From a virus (Duplodnaviria > Caudoviricetes), in IMG/VR virus record IMGVR_UViG_3300032301_000975, positions 1-25,342 of that record: a stretch of 25,342 nucleotides of DNA; one strand, 5' to 3'. Shown in pieces: positions 16,001-25,342 of this stretch (position 1 is the first letter of the stretch; every line of letters starts with the position of its first letter). The notes below the pieces were generated by a model, which was not told the DNA's origin, made no database searches, and saw nothing but the letters and a program-made list of their open reading frames with translations. A program made the translations under genes and the position numbers.

Positions 16001-17293
16001 ATGGCTGATCTAAAAGTAAAAGTAGGGGTAGATAAATCTGGATTTACCACCGGGCTGGCCTCAATGGAAAACTCTGTCAAAGGCTTCGGCATGAAGGTTG
16101 GCGGCATCCTGGCTGGCGCCTTTGCCTTTGATAAAATTATTCAAGGGTTTTCCAATGCCATAGATAAGGGTGACCAGCTTCAAGACCTTGCCAATCGATT
16201 TGGAGTCGCTGCTAGTAGTCTGCAAGAGATAGGAAACGCGGCCAGCACTTCAGGAGCAGGGTTAGAAGATGTGGCTAGTGCGATGAATAAACTGGCTAAG
16301 AACGCAGGCGCAGCGATTGGCGGAAATGAGCAAATGGCCGAGGCATTTAATAAAATTGGTTTAAGCGTAGAGCAACTTCAGGGAATGACCCCACAGGATC
16401 TATTTATGGCCTTATCCAAGGCAGTGGCCTCTGGCACCCTTGGCATGCAAGATTTCACGATTGCACAAGAGCTGGCCGGGAGGGGTGCGGCCGTTTTAAT
16501 GGAGACGCTCCGAATGGGCCCGGATGTGATTGCGGCCAACGGGCAGGCGATGGGAGTCTGGACTGACGAAACAATTTCAAAACTTTCCCAAGCCTCTGAT
16601 TCCATAAAAACATTTCAAAATAAAATGACGATTGCTTTTGGAAGCATAGCTCAGATTGCCGTGCCTTTAATTAAGGCTTTTGAAGACATAGTGGAGCTTA
16701 CGACCGTAATTGGATCGGCAGGAGTTTCCGTTCTTAGGGGCGATTTTTCTGGCGCCTCACAAATCACAAAAGAAGCCTCAATGATAAAAAGTCGCAGAGA
16801 CGCTCAAGAAGCGAAGGCGGCCAGACAAAAAGCAGCGCGAGGCATTTCAGACATGGATGGACAAGCCTCATCTGCAATTTCAGACAAGGCATTTGAGGCA
16901 AGCGAGCGAGCCGCGGCTAGGCACGAGCTGCGTTTAATTGAAGCGCAAATTGCTGGTAAAGAAGAAGCGGAAAAGATGAAGCAGGCTATTGAAGAAAAAT
17001 ATGCCCAAAAAAGCCTTGAGCGAGCGCAACGCCTAGAAGAAGAAAAAGCAAGTCAAGCGGATGATCGCCCTGAGCGACTAGCACAAATAAACAAGCAAAG
17101 GGGCAACGCCGCTGATTTTGATCCTAGGGAGGCACTAATGCAAAGATTTGGCTTGGGGGATCAACTGCGTGACATTCCATCCAGCACAGAGGCACAACGC
17201 ACGCAACCTGTGAGACTAGAAAACCCACCCAGCTTGCAAGGCGTACTAGACAAACTAGACAAACTCATCGCCAACGCCGGGGTATTCTCATAA
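16001..17293 (+). CDS. Tail tape measure protein (short, 430 aa)
   Basis: MADLKVKVGVDKSGFTTGL start, LQDLANRFGV...LQEI..AA..SG, Ala/Gly-rich helical composition. Confidence 0.85.
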   Translation: MADLKVKVGVDKSGFTTGLASMENSVKGFGMKVGGILAGAFAFDKIIQGFSNAIDKGDQLQDLANRFGVAASSLQEIGNAASTSGAGLEDVASAMNKLAKNAGAAIGGNEQMAEAFNKIGLSVEQLQGMTPQDLFMALSKAVASGTLGMQDFTIAQELAGRGAAVLMETLRMGPDVIAANGQAMGVWTDETISKLSQASDSIKTFQNKMTIAFGSIAQIAVPLIKAFEDIVELTTVIGSAGVSVLRGDFSGASQITKEASMIKSRRDAQEAKAARQKAARGISDMDGQASSAISDKAFEASERAAARHELRLIEAQIAGKEEAEKMKQAIEEKYAQKSLERAQRLEEEKASQADDRPERLAQINKQRGNAADFDPREALMQRFGLGDQLRDIPSSTEAQRTQPVRLENPPSLQGVLDKLDKLIANAGVFS

Positions 17294-18075
17294 TGGCTCG
17301 CGGGTCTAGCTATGGCAGTGGTAGCGGAGCAACTACGCATACCGGCGTTGAAATGCTGGGCACCGGGGGCGGAGTCGACGCTAGGGGCAAGACTACTGTC
17401 ACGAAAAAGTATTTTGTCACTGACGCATCACAACTAGAAACTGCGCCCGTTTTGACGGGCTATTCGGCTACAGCCATAAACTACGTTAAAATTAACGAGA
17501 CAGCCTACGAGCAGACGGTGCAATACGAGGCGCAGACCGACAACTCTGGCGCCAGCACAACCGTATGGCTGCAGAACGGAGTTAAGGGTACTTTTGAAAT
17601 GTTTTGCTCTTTTGAAAGCAAGCCGATTGAGCTGCACCCTAGAATTGATAAGCTAAGCGTAGATTTTGGCGGCTACTTTACTTTTGACGGTTACGCTAAA
17701 TGGCCGCCTACCTACACGCCAACTTCAGGTGGTGGCCTTGGCACGGGCACGCCTATCCCAAACCCTATGTTTGGAGTTACTAGATACAAAGAAATAACTC
17801 TAACCCTTCGCCACAGCTACTACACAAAAAGCGTAAACCAAAACATCTGGAATACGGCGGGGAGGATTGTGACCAAACTTCCGGCTGGTATTCCTATCCC
17901 CAAAGGCGAAAAGGACAAAAACGGCAAAGAAATTCCAAGGGAATGGATGATGCAGGCTCCAGCCGTTAGCCGGCAGGGCGAAGCCTGGCAGGTGGTTCAG
18001 GAATATGTGATGCTGGACGCCAAGGGAACCGCCTTTGGAGTCTACGAAACGGGCACTGTCCCTGGTGCCCAATGA
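17293..18075 (+). CDS. Tail tip protein (distal-tail/hub position)
   Basis: Directly after tape measure; beta-rich; KPIELHP, NPMFGVTRY. Confidence 0.55.
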   Translation: MARGSSYGSGSGATTHTGVEMLGTGGGVDARGKTTVTKKYFVTDASQLETAPVLTGYSATAINYVKINETAYEQTVQYEAQTDNSGASTTVWLQNGVKGTFEMFCSFESKPIELHPRIDKLSVDFGGYFTFDGYAKWPPTYTPTSGGGLGTGTPIPNPMFGVTRYKEITLTLRHSYYTKSVNQNIWNTAGRIVTKLPAGIPIPKGEKDKNGKEIPREWMMQAPAVSRQGEAWQVVQEYVMLDAKGTAFGVYETGTVPGAQ

Positions 18076-18662
18076 TCCCGGCTGAGATTGAGGCGAAATC
18101 TGGCGAAAAGATTTTGCCCAAGTTTCGCAAGCTAGTCGCTTGGATCGATTCGCAGCGGTTGGCCTCTGTCGATGATCGCGTTCTAGTCAACACCACACCC
18201 AACGGCACCTTTGTTTCTATGGTGGATCGGCCACCGACGATTACCACGCCGCTAGCCGTTCGGCTTAGTGGAACAAGATTCTTCAGCGTGGGCGAAGGTT
18301 ACATTAACGGTAAGCTGCCAAAGATTAAGCCGAGCACTGGCGCACTGCAGGAGATTGTCGATCCTGACGGGGTACCAGCTCCACCGGCAAAATTGCCAGA
18401 AAATCGCCCCATAGTCATTTGCGTCAAAGTTGTTTTCGATAAAGACTTCAAATTGGAATCTTCTGAAATTGTGCCTGAAAAACCCGAAAAGATTTTGCGA
18501 GGGGGAAGTGCCGATTATTCTACTGCCGACAAAACTGTTACCGGCCTAATTCCGCTAGCCTTTATGCGTAGTAATCGGTTTGTGCAGTTTGTCTCACACA
18601 ACCTTCAAGTGCGGGCCTACCTCCATAACGGATCGCACCGAGTGATCTACTGGCCCGCGTGA
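18072..18662 (+). CDS. Putative tail tip protein
   Basis: ATGA-coupled within tail operon; no recognised family. Confidence 0.55.
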   Translation: MIPAEIEAKSGEKILPKFRKLVAWIDSQRLASVDDRVLVNTTPNGTFVSMVDRPPTITTPLAVRLSGTRFFSVGEGYINGKLPKIKPSTGALQEIVDPDGVPAPPAKLPENRPIVICVKVVFDKDFKLESSEIVPEKPEKILRGGSADYSTADKTVTGLIPLAFMRSNRFVQFVSHNLQVRAYLHNGSHRVIYWPA

Positions 18663-19690
18663 AATACCCAGCAAAATTCTGGAATAGCCTGTTGCGGAAG
18701 GCGGAGCAGTACCTGCCAGTACGCTTTGACTATAACCCGCCAAGCGCCCGGCCGCACCCGTGGCAAATTCGCCCAGTGTGGCGCAAACAAAAGAACGGCA
18801 AGAACGGGGATTGGCATGGCATTATTACGCCAGGCGCAGTTAATGGCGTGCCTGCATTTATAAAAATGCTCTACGGAAATGCCACCTTTGAGGCGCGGGA
18901 AAGGATTAGACTCGATGCGGTCGCCAACAAAAAGACCGTTCCGAAAGATGACGATATTGTAAAAATATATTTGGACGAGGATGCTGAGCTGAAAATGTCT
19001 TTTCGCAGCATAGGATCGGACGGCAGCCCAGACTCTGTTTCCGGTGACGCTGGATCTGGCAACGTCACCGGCGTCTTTGAAAAAGTCCCAGATTTCTTTA
19101 AGCGCCTTGGAGTAGCTGACGCAAATACTGATTTGCTTGGCCAGCCAGCCGAAACCCAGCGGCTACTAAAAGCCTGCGATGTTGTCCTTAACCAGCCGCG
19201 TGTCGGACTGACCAATGATGTCTCAATCTCAACCGCAGCAGTCGATACAACCTTAGTCAGCATAAATCCAGGCTTCTTTGTTCCGCCCGACAAAGAGGCG
19301 AGCGTTACAGCTACGCCTAAATACCTGAGTCAAGAGCCAGCCTTAACCTTTGCCGATTTACTTTTTCAAAGGTTTATTGATACGCCTACCGATCGGCTGC
19401 ATCTATCCACTTTTTACCTGCTTTCACCGCAACTCCCGCTGCTCGATCCGAGCAACTTAGAAGGCTGGCAGCCGTACATAAAATACAACTGTCACCACAA
19501 CCTTGTGCATGCCACCCAGCAGATTGAAAGGCGGGCTGAGTTTGTCCCGCTTAGCCTTGTCGTGCCGTTGGCTGGTGGCGTGGCACAGCCAGTTATCAAT
19601 TACATTCTTGCGGAAGCCAATTTCTTTGCCCAAGCCGCTTTAGACTTTTTTCAGCAACGCAAGCTCAATGGAAAGTTTACCGCTGTATGA
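18659..19690 (+). CDS. Putative tail tip protein
   Basis: GTGA-coupled; HPW...ITPGAVNG motif of tail-associated proteins; no recognised family. Confidence 0.55.
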   Translation: MKYPAKFWNSLLRKAEQYLPVRFDYNPPSARPHPWQIRPVWRKQKNGKNGDWHGIITPGAVNGVPAFIKMLYGNATFEARERIRLDAVANKKTVPKDDDIVKIYLDEDAELKMSFRSIGSDGSPDSVSGDAGSGNVTGVFEKVPDFFKRLGVADANTDLLGQPAETQRLLKACDVVLNQPRVGLTNDVSISTAAVDTTLVSINPGFFVPPDKEASVTATPKYLSQEPALTFADLLFQRFIDTPTDRLHLSTFYLLSPQLPLLDPSNLEGWQPYIKYNCHHNLVHATQQIERRAEFVPLSLVVPLAGGVAQPVINYILAEANFFAQAALDFFQQRKLNGKFTAV

Positions 19691-19881
19691 GTTTAGATAA
19701 ATCCACCGAACGTCAAAAAAAGATTATCGAGCAGAACCGCAAGCTCCGACAGCTCGGCGTCGTAGCCCTTACCGATCCCGGCCCTTGGTACCCTATCCCT
19801 TTTGCCCTGCAGTTTGACCCAGCGTTTTTTAAGGGCTTTACAGAGCAAGCGACTGGGATTGACACGCCTCCCGCCAAGTAA
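19687..19881 (+). CDS. Small hypothetical protein, 64 aa
   Basis: ATGA-coupled and fills the gap before the next gene. Confidence 0.55.
   Translation: MSLDKSTERQKKIIEQNRKLRQLGVVALTDPGPWYPIPFALQFDPAFFKGFTEQATGIDTPPAK
19859..19865 (+). promoter_or_regulatory. TTGACAC motif upstream of the large tail protein gene
   Basis: TTGACA ends 19 nt before ATG 19884. Confidence 0.5.
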
Positions 19882-19883
19882 CC

Positions 19884-22253
19884 ATGGCTACTCTAGTATT
19901 CGGCAACATTTCGCAAAAGACCGCCTCATACACGATTGAGCCAGGCAGCATTACGCTACCTAAGGTGGTGCAGGGGGATCTCTTTACCTTGGCCGTTAGG
20001 CTGACCGAAACGGCTAACAACATTACCACGGTTACCGCACCATCCATTTATTCCGCCCGGCTTAGCTACGGGCCAGTCGATGTAGCCCCTACCGCCGGCA
20101 GCTTTAAAGTCCTGGTTAATTCGGTCACCTCAAGCGTTATTACTTTCGGATCTACGGCCGCCAGCGTAGCCGCCGTGCTTAACAGCATCTCAGCCGCTAC
20201 CGGCTGGTCGGTTATAGAGGATCAAGGCAGCTACCTAGTCGAGCGTCGATCTGCCTGGGTGGCGACCTCTGGCATTACCATAGTGCAGAATGAGCTGCAG
20301 CCGCAGTCGTTTGTCCGGGTAACCAGCTACAGCGCTAACAACAGCTTTTACCAAGAGCTGCGGCCGATGCAGTCGCCGTTGGCCTACACCAGCGCCTTTG
20401 GGCTGATCGTTCCGCCCGCTCCTACGATTACCCGTGTAGTCACTGGCTTTTCCGATCCTGTGACTGGCACGCGGGTGAACGAGGTGCAGCGGCTCTACAT
20501 CCCGCCTGCGTTTAATACCACCTACCAGATCTATCGCGGGACGTCTCGCACCGCCTTGCTAAGTAAGGACGACGGATCGACCGAGATTGAGGCCGCGCTT
20601 ATGGCCTCTGCTATTACCGTCGGGGCAGGGGAAATCTTCTTAGTAACTAACCCAGAAAGTTTTGTTGCAAATATTGAGTTTGCCGGATCTATGTCTGGCG
20701 CCACTCACTCGCTACTTACCGTAGCCGTGCCCGTTAGCCCGCAGGGCGATGTTACCTTTGACCTAGATCTTAACACGCAAGGCATGCTGGCGGCGTTGCG
20801 TGGTGACTTTGAAGTTACCCACCCACTGACTTGCGAGATCGGGATTAACTACGGATCAGTAGCTACACCAAACGTCCAGTACGTGACCGTGTTCCAGCAG
20901 GACATGACGGTGCAGGCAGACGGTGCCTGGACGGGGTTGGCGGCGGCCCAGCAGATCAACTGGCTTAACCCGCCGCAGCCGGTCAACTATATCCCTTTCA
21001 CTACCGACCAAGTCATTACTGGCATACAATCTTTCACCGCAGTCGTCACGGGAACCGGCCCTTGGACTATCGCCCACAACCTAGGCACAGAGGCGATCCA
21101 TGTAACTCTACGCGAAAACATTTCAAGTGGATATTTGCTAGCAAACGAAAACGATTACACAGTGCAAACGGCAACAAGCCAAAGCGTCATTGTCGCAAAA
21201 GTATCGGGCACTGTTCCTACGGCCGGCTGGGCGGTCATGATTTCTAGCGCAGGGCCGACAAGTGCGTTTCAAGCGCATACTCACACGATTGCCCAGGTGG
21301 TATCCCTGCAGGATCAACTTAATTCCTTGGGCACTCGCCTTGCCGCTGTGGAGGATATTCTGCCAGCCACAGGCATCAGCGGCAGTTCCAGCGTCACGCT
21401 GCCTTACGAGATCCCTGTGGCGGCCCGTCAATCTGTTCTTTTCACTAACGGCCTGGGCACTTGGGCGTCTACCGATTTTATTTTGCAAATTTCCTCGGTC
21501 CCATCCGTGCAGGCCCCTCAGCTATTGGAAGCGCTGTCCGTCACCGTCGGCACAGCGCCCAGCACCGCATTGCCTACCGTCACCACTGTCGACATCGTTC
21601 GCGCCTACACCTCCGGCCTAAACATCCTCGTGCCACGGATCGGTCTTATCCCTGGCGCCAGACTACCCTCCGGCACGGCCTACATTGGGGCAGAAAGCAC
21701 CCGTGGCCTTGTCTATCAGGTCGACAACTATAGCAGCGGCCGCACGTTCTATTCCAAGGCGTACGAAGCAAGCCTGTTTGAGATTCCGATTAACGACAAA
21801 CTGTTTCGAGCTGGAACAAAGGCCAAGCTAGAATGGAACCTTAACGTCCAGAGCAAGGCGGCCAATGCCACTGCCCAGTGGTACTGCATTGTGGACGTTG
21901 GGACGATCACCACCGTTTCTACTCCGGCCACCCAGACGGGCAACATTTCTGACATTACTTGGAACAGCACGCCGATCTTGTCACAGCAACTGATCGTCAC
22001 GGGTGAGCCGGTAAAGCACGGCATGGGCGTGGAGATCCTTGCTACCTCCGCCACCCAGATGGATGCGAACTACATGACCTACGGCATCTGGGCCAGCGCG
22101 ACTACAGGCAAACCCAGCTCACGCAATTTCATCCTACGCGGCCGTTTGGCAAACTTTGACGTCATCGATACCCAGAGCGACGCACGCGGTTGGGTAGGAT
22201 ACGCGATGCGGCCTTACGGATCAGCGGATCAAATCAAACTGGTAGTAGAGTAG
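19884..22253 (+). CDS. Large tail fibre/baseplate protein
   Basis: Ser/Thr/Val-rich; two related modules (PTAGSFKV...AASVAAVLN and NEVQRL...TEIEAAL); WTIAHNLG; fibre-type AHTHTIAQVVSLQDQL followed by coiled coil. Confidence 0.7.
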   Translation: MATLVFGNISQKTASYTIEPGSITLPKVVQGDLFTLAVRLTETANNITTVTAPSIYSARLSYGPVDVAPTAGSFKVLVNSVTSSVITFGSTAASVAAVLNSISAATGWSVIEDQGSYLVERRSAWVATSGITIVQNELQPQSFVRVTSYSANNSFYQELRPMQSPLAYTSAFGLIVPPAPTITRVVTGFSDPVTGTRVNEVQRLYIPPAFNTTYQIYRGTSRTALLSKDDGSTEIEAALMASAITVGAGEIFLVTNPESFVANIEFAGSMSGATHSLLTVAVPVSPQGDVTFDLDLNTQGMLAALRGDFEVTHPLTCEIGINYGSVATPNVQYVTVFQQDMTVQADGAWTGLAAAQQINWLNPPQPVNYIPFTTDQVITGIQSFTAVVTGTGPWTIAHNLGTEAIHVTLRENISSGYLLANENDYTVQTATSQSVIVAKVSGTVPTAGWAVMISSAGPTSAFQAHTHTIAQVVSLQDQLNSLGTRLAAVEDILPATGISGSSSVTLPYEIPVAARQSVLFTNGLGTWASTDFILQISSVPSVQAPQLLEALSVTVGTAPSTALPTVTTVDIVRAYTSGLNILVPRIGLIPGARLPSGTAYIGAESTRGLVYQVDNYSSGRTFYSKAYEASLFEIPINDKLFRAGTKAKLEWNLNVQSKAANATAQWYCIVDVGTITTVSTPATQTGNISDITWNSTPILSQQLIVTGEPVKHGMGVEILATSATQMDANYMTYGIWASATTGKPSSRNFILRGRLANFDVIDTQSDARGWVGYAMRPYGSADQIKLVVE

Positions 22254-22257
22254 GTTT

Positions 22258-23502
22258 ATGGCAGCCATTGAAGCCATTATTTACAACGGGTGGCACACGC
22301 GCAGCTTAGTATCTGGTCAAAACAACTACTATCCTGCAGGCTATCTTTTAGTTTCTGGGCTAACTTCTGGTGATTCTTATTTAGTAAAAACACTTGCTTA
22401 CAATAACTCCTCGGCCATCTCAGTTACTGCGGTAACTGCTGGGCAATTTACAGCCGTAGGTACTAAAGGACTCGCTCCTTTTATGTCTGTGAATAAAGAT
22501 TTTAACTCAAAAGGTCTTTATTATGACATGCCCGTCACTTCATCGGCTGCCAGCATCTCCTTGTTTTCAATTCTTAACAGCTCAAGCATTACGGTTGCAA
22601 CAGCCTATATGCAGCCGGCCTATCCGTATTCTCACGGAAATCTGGCTAATTGGTCTATTGCCCAAGCCTCTGACAAATCTGTCGTTGTTGGTTTACAGTC
22701 TCTAAACACGGTCGCTTCTCACAGCGTTTTGTACTCCGTAACCGATGGTGTTAATTATGCTTCTGCAGCCGGGGAGACAAAGCCTCAAAGCCAAGCAATT
22801 TACACAGTAGCGCTATTAGATAATGAAGGCACGCAGCTTGCGTCAGATAACTTGCACTGGCCTAAAAATGGAAGCAATCCAGTAGTCACTTTCCCGTCAT
22901 CTCTCCTCACTTCCAGCGGAAATTATGTTGTTAAAATATCAAACATAATCGCTTCCCCAGGGTCGAGCACAACTACTTTGGTAAGCCTAGAATTACAAAC
23001 CACACTTACCGCATCTGCGGTGACATCGGGTGGATCTAGTAATATGTTTTCTTGGCTAGACAGCTCCTACTGGTATCTGACAGATCTTCAGGTAAATCTC
23101 GGCACTCGTGCGGTCACGAATCGGCAGGGATCGATCGATCTGCGTCCTAGCGATACAATCAATTTTGCGATCTTGTTTCACGACGGCACGGCCGGGATCG
23201 ATCCACAGGCGACAGACATTAAGCTGGCTGTTCGTTCTTCCAACAATACATCGCCCTACCACTTTTGGTCGGCGACCACCGTGAGCACCGTTACCGTTTC
23301 TAGCGATGTCTACTACGCAATCACTGTCACCGCATCGGACGACGATTTACTTACAGCACAAGCCGCCAATCTACTGGCCGGATCTAACGCATCCCAATCT
23401 CTCCTAGGCGAGATCCAGTGGACGACCACCCGTGGCACCTTCAGCTCCGACACATTCACCATTAACGTGCCTAGCGAAGTAGTACGCGAGCCAGACGTCT
23501 AA
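22258..23502 (+). CDS. Putative virion tail/appendage protein, two parts
   Basis: Ser/Thr-rich beta-type N-terminal part and a C-terminal adaptor-like domain ending FSSDTFTINVPSEVVR. Confidence 0.6.
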   Translation: MAAIEAIIYNGWHTRSLVSGQNNYYPAGYLLVSGLTSGDSYLVKTLAYNNSSAISVTAVTAGQFTAVGTKGLAPFMSVNKDFNSKGLYYDMPVTSSAASISLFSILNSSSITVATAYMQPAYPYSHGNLANWSIAQASDKSVVVGLQSLNTVASHSVLYSVTDGVNYASAAGETKPQSQAIYTVALLDNEGTQLASDNLHWPKNGSNPVVTFPSSLLTSSGNYVVKISNIIASPGSSTTTLVSLELQTTLTASAVTSGGSSNMFSWLDSSYWYLTDLQVNLGTRAVTNRQGSIDLRPSDTINFAILFHDGTAGIDPQATDIKLAVRSSNNTSPYHFWSATTVSTVTVSSDVYYAITVTASDDDLLTAQAANLLAGSNASQSLLGEIQWTTTRGTFSSDTFTINVPSEVVREPDV

Positions 23503-23506
23503 GCTA

Positions 23507-23842
23507 ATGGCCGCCACCTACGACATCACTATCGAGCAGGGAGCGGACTGGACGCGGGATCTATTCCTCACCACCGCCACCCAGGGGGCGATCAGCCTAT
23601 CGGGCCGGACGTTCACCGCTCAGATCCGCCAGATGCCAGGGGGCACGGTAGTCACGCAGATTGCCACTAGCGTGGTATCAGCCGCTGGGGGTCAAGTGCG
23701 CCTCACCGTAACCTCGGCCGCCAGCCTGCTCGTGCCTACCAGCGGGGCGAAGTATGACCTAATTCAAGTAACTAGCGCTGGCATCGCCACCCGCCTGCTG
23801 GAAGGCGTGGTGACACTATCCCCAAGGATTACCATACCATGA
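23507..23842 (+). CDS. Tail fibre adaptor (BppU N-terminal-like)
   Basis: YDITIEQGADW...AQIR...YDL...TRLLEGVVTLSPRIT pattern. Confidence 0.7.
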   Translation: MAATYDITIEQGADWTRDLFLTTATQGAISLSGRTFTAQIRQMPGGTVVTQIATSVVSAAGGQVRLTVTSAASLLVPTSGAKYDLIQVTSAGIATRLLEGVVTLSPRITIP

Positions 23843-24609
23843 GCGATATTTATCTACAGATTACCGAAACGCCTACTGTCGTTACACTATCCGCACCAGT
23901 TATTTCTGGGGCACTTTCATCGACCGTCACTGTGGCAAACACGGTCACCGTAGCACTGGACGCTAACAGCTTAAGTGCGTTAGAGAACGTGACCGTGACC
24001 GTGGGGGCGGCAATTACCGGGACAGTGACCATCGGAGCCGGGACGGCGCAGATCGGAAGCGTCACCATTAGCGAGCTTCCGAATGTTAAAATACAAGGAA
24101 TTTACTCAGGAGGTGGGGGGGAATATAGAAATATTGAAGTAAATGAGCAGGGTGGTGTTTATGCCATTCTTGGCGAAGCATTACCAGCAGGCACAAACCA
24201 AATCGGTTCTGTCACCGCATCCATCAGCGGGACGGTTCCCATCAGCATCTCCTCCGTCACGGTTGGCAATTCGGTGACCATCGGTTGGCTCCCTGCGATT
24301 AGTGGGACGGTGACCGCCAACTCATCCAACGGCTCTCTAACAACAAGATTTGGCTCTGTCACTACTGCAAACACGGCTTTCGCCACATCTGCTGTAACTA
24401 ACGCGAGTCGCAAATATCTCTTAATTCAGAATGTCACAACGGCCTCAAATGTAATTACAGTAGGTATCGGCTTTACCCCAACGACCACCCAAGGCATCCA
24501 GCTTTCTTCGGGTGCGGGGCTAACCTTTGAGGGCAGTTACATCCCCACAGGTGCGGTTAATTTGTTGTCTAGCGTAACAGCTTCCTGCTTCACCATATTG
24601 GAGGCGTAG
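23839..24609 (+). CDS. Tail fibre-like protein with Val/Thr/Gly repeats
   Basis: GTVT and AGTxQIGSVT repeats; C-terminal NASRKYLLIQN...GIQLSSG domain. Confidence 0.65.
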   Translation: MSDIYLQITETPTVVTLSAPVISGALSSTVTVANTVTVALDANSLSALENVTVTVGAAITGTVTIGAGTAQIGSVTISELPNVKIQGIYSGGGGEYRNIEVNEQGGVYAILGEALPAGTNQIGSVTASISGTVPISISSVTVGNSVTIGWLPAISGTVTANSSNGSLTTRFGSVTTANTAFATSAVTNASRKYLLIQNVTTASNVITVGIGFTPTTTQGIQLSSGAGLTFEGSYIPTGAVNLLSSVTASCFTILEA

Positions 24610-25342
24610 GTGGGCTTCTTTGCCACAAGCGGAATCCTTAATCGCAGGGGGTTCTTTGGTGGTGCTCAGGCTTTTAACCCATCCAACATCGCTGGCCTTT
24701 CTCTTTGGTTAGACGCAACGACTGGATTATTTGACGCAACTAGCGGTGGGAATCCAGTTACTACGGATGGAAGCTCAGTCGCTAGATGGGAAGATCAAAG
24801 CGGCAACAGCCGTCACATTACTCAAACAATCCTTCTGTCACAACCAATCCTAAAAACAGCCATTCAAAATGGCAAAAACATTATTCGTTTTGACGGAATA
24901 AACGACATTTTACGCCGTTCAGGGGCTTTTGTTCACGCTCAAGGCGCGGCAACCATATTCGTTGTCGTAAGTGCAAATTCGGGAGCTAGTGATCGACTGA
25001 TTGTAGAGGGCAGGACGACCAGCACAAATCCTCTATACATGCCAATAATTTCTAATCTTGCCACTCAGTTTAATGTATTATATAGAATTGATAGCGGCAC
25101 AATTCCACTTGCTAATGTACTTTTTGGAACACCCTTTAATGGAACAGGATTTAAGTTGGTCTGTGCACTAGACAGCGGGACAAACTTTACTGGTTTTATC
25201 AATAAGGTAACAACAAATAATCAAAATTACACAAGGGGTACAGTTACGCTGGATACTTTTGCGGTTGGAGGTTGGGCAACAATTACTGAAAGAGATTTTT
25301 TCCCCGGCGATGTGGCAGAAGTTGTAATTTACAACACAGCAC
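24610..25342 (+). CDS. Concanavalin A/LamG-like lectin domain protein, truncated at window end; candidate receptor-binding protein
   Basis: GTG directly after previous TAG; FNPSNIAGLSLWLDA, VARWEDQSGN, IRFDGIND, TIFVV, GDVAEVVIYN; absent from ORF track because it lacks a stop. Confidence 0.8.
   Translation, partial: MGFFATSGILNRRGFFGGAQAFNPSNIAGLSLWLDATTGLFDATSGGNPVTTDGSSVARWEDQSGNSRHITQTILLSQPILKTAIQNGKNIIRFDGINDILRRSGAFVHAQGAATIFVVVSANSGASDRLIVEGRTTSTNPLYMPIISNLATQFNVLYRIDSGTIPLANVLFGTPFNGTGFKLVCALDSGTNFTGFINKVTTNNQNYTRGTVTLDTFAVGGWATITERDFFPGDVAEVVIYNTA

Noticed and set aside
279-24413. Minus-strand and alternate-frame ORFs in the track
   Set aside because: All shadow well-supported + strand genes and show no recognisable motifs
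1-25342. Stop-codon reassignment, tRNA, integrase, lysis genes, reverse transcriptase/DGR
   Set aside because: TAA, TAG and TGA all end genes with dense standard-code tiling; none of these elements was recognisable

Overview
A 25.3 kb fragment of a tailed dsDNA bacteriophage (or prophage) with all credible genes on the + strand and many ATGA/GTGA overlaps. Order: two small ORFs; primase-helicase (PriCT-like, AEP-like primase, RepA/AAA_25 helicase); a probable replication origin; two putative DNA-binding ORFs; a repeat array with a palindrome (probable cos region); lambda-type terS, terL (GpA), gpW-like and portal genes; a small membrane moron; prohead protease/scaffold; major capsid protein; then a three-gene cassette inserted between the capsid and head-closure genes (multi-domain TPR glycosyltransferase, GT13/GnT-I-like glycosyltransferase, FkbM-like methyltransferase); head-tail genes; two small tail-tube-like genes; chaperone; short tape measure; tail tip/fibre genes ending in a truncated ConA/LamG-like lectin gene. 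The best candidate for a novel system is the cassette, a putative pathway building a methylated glycan on the virion. Also notable is a TTGACA(C) motif 14-19 nt before six structural start codons, suggesting a non-canonical late promoter. All family calls come from motif recognition by eye; no database search was run.
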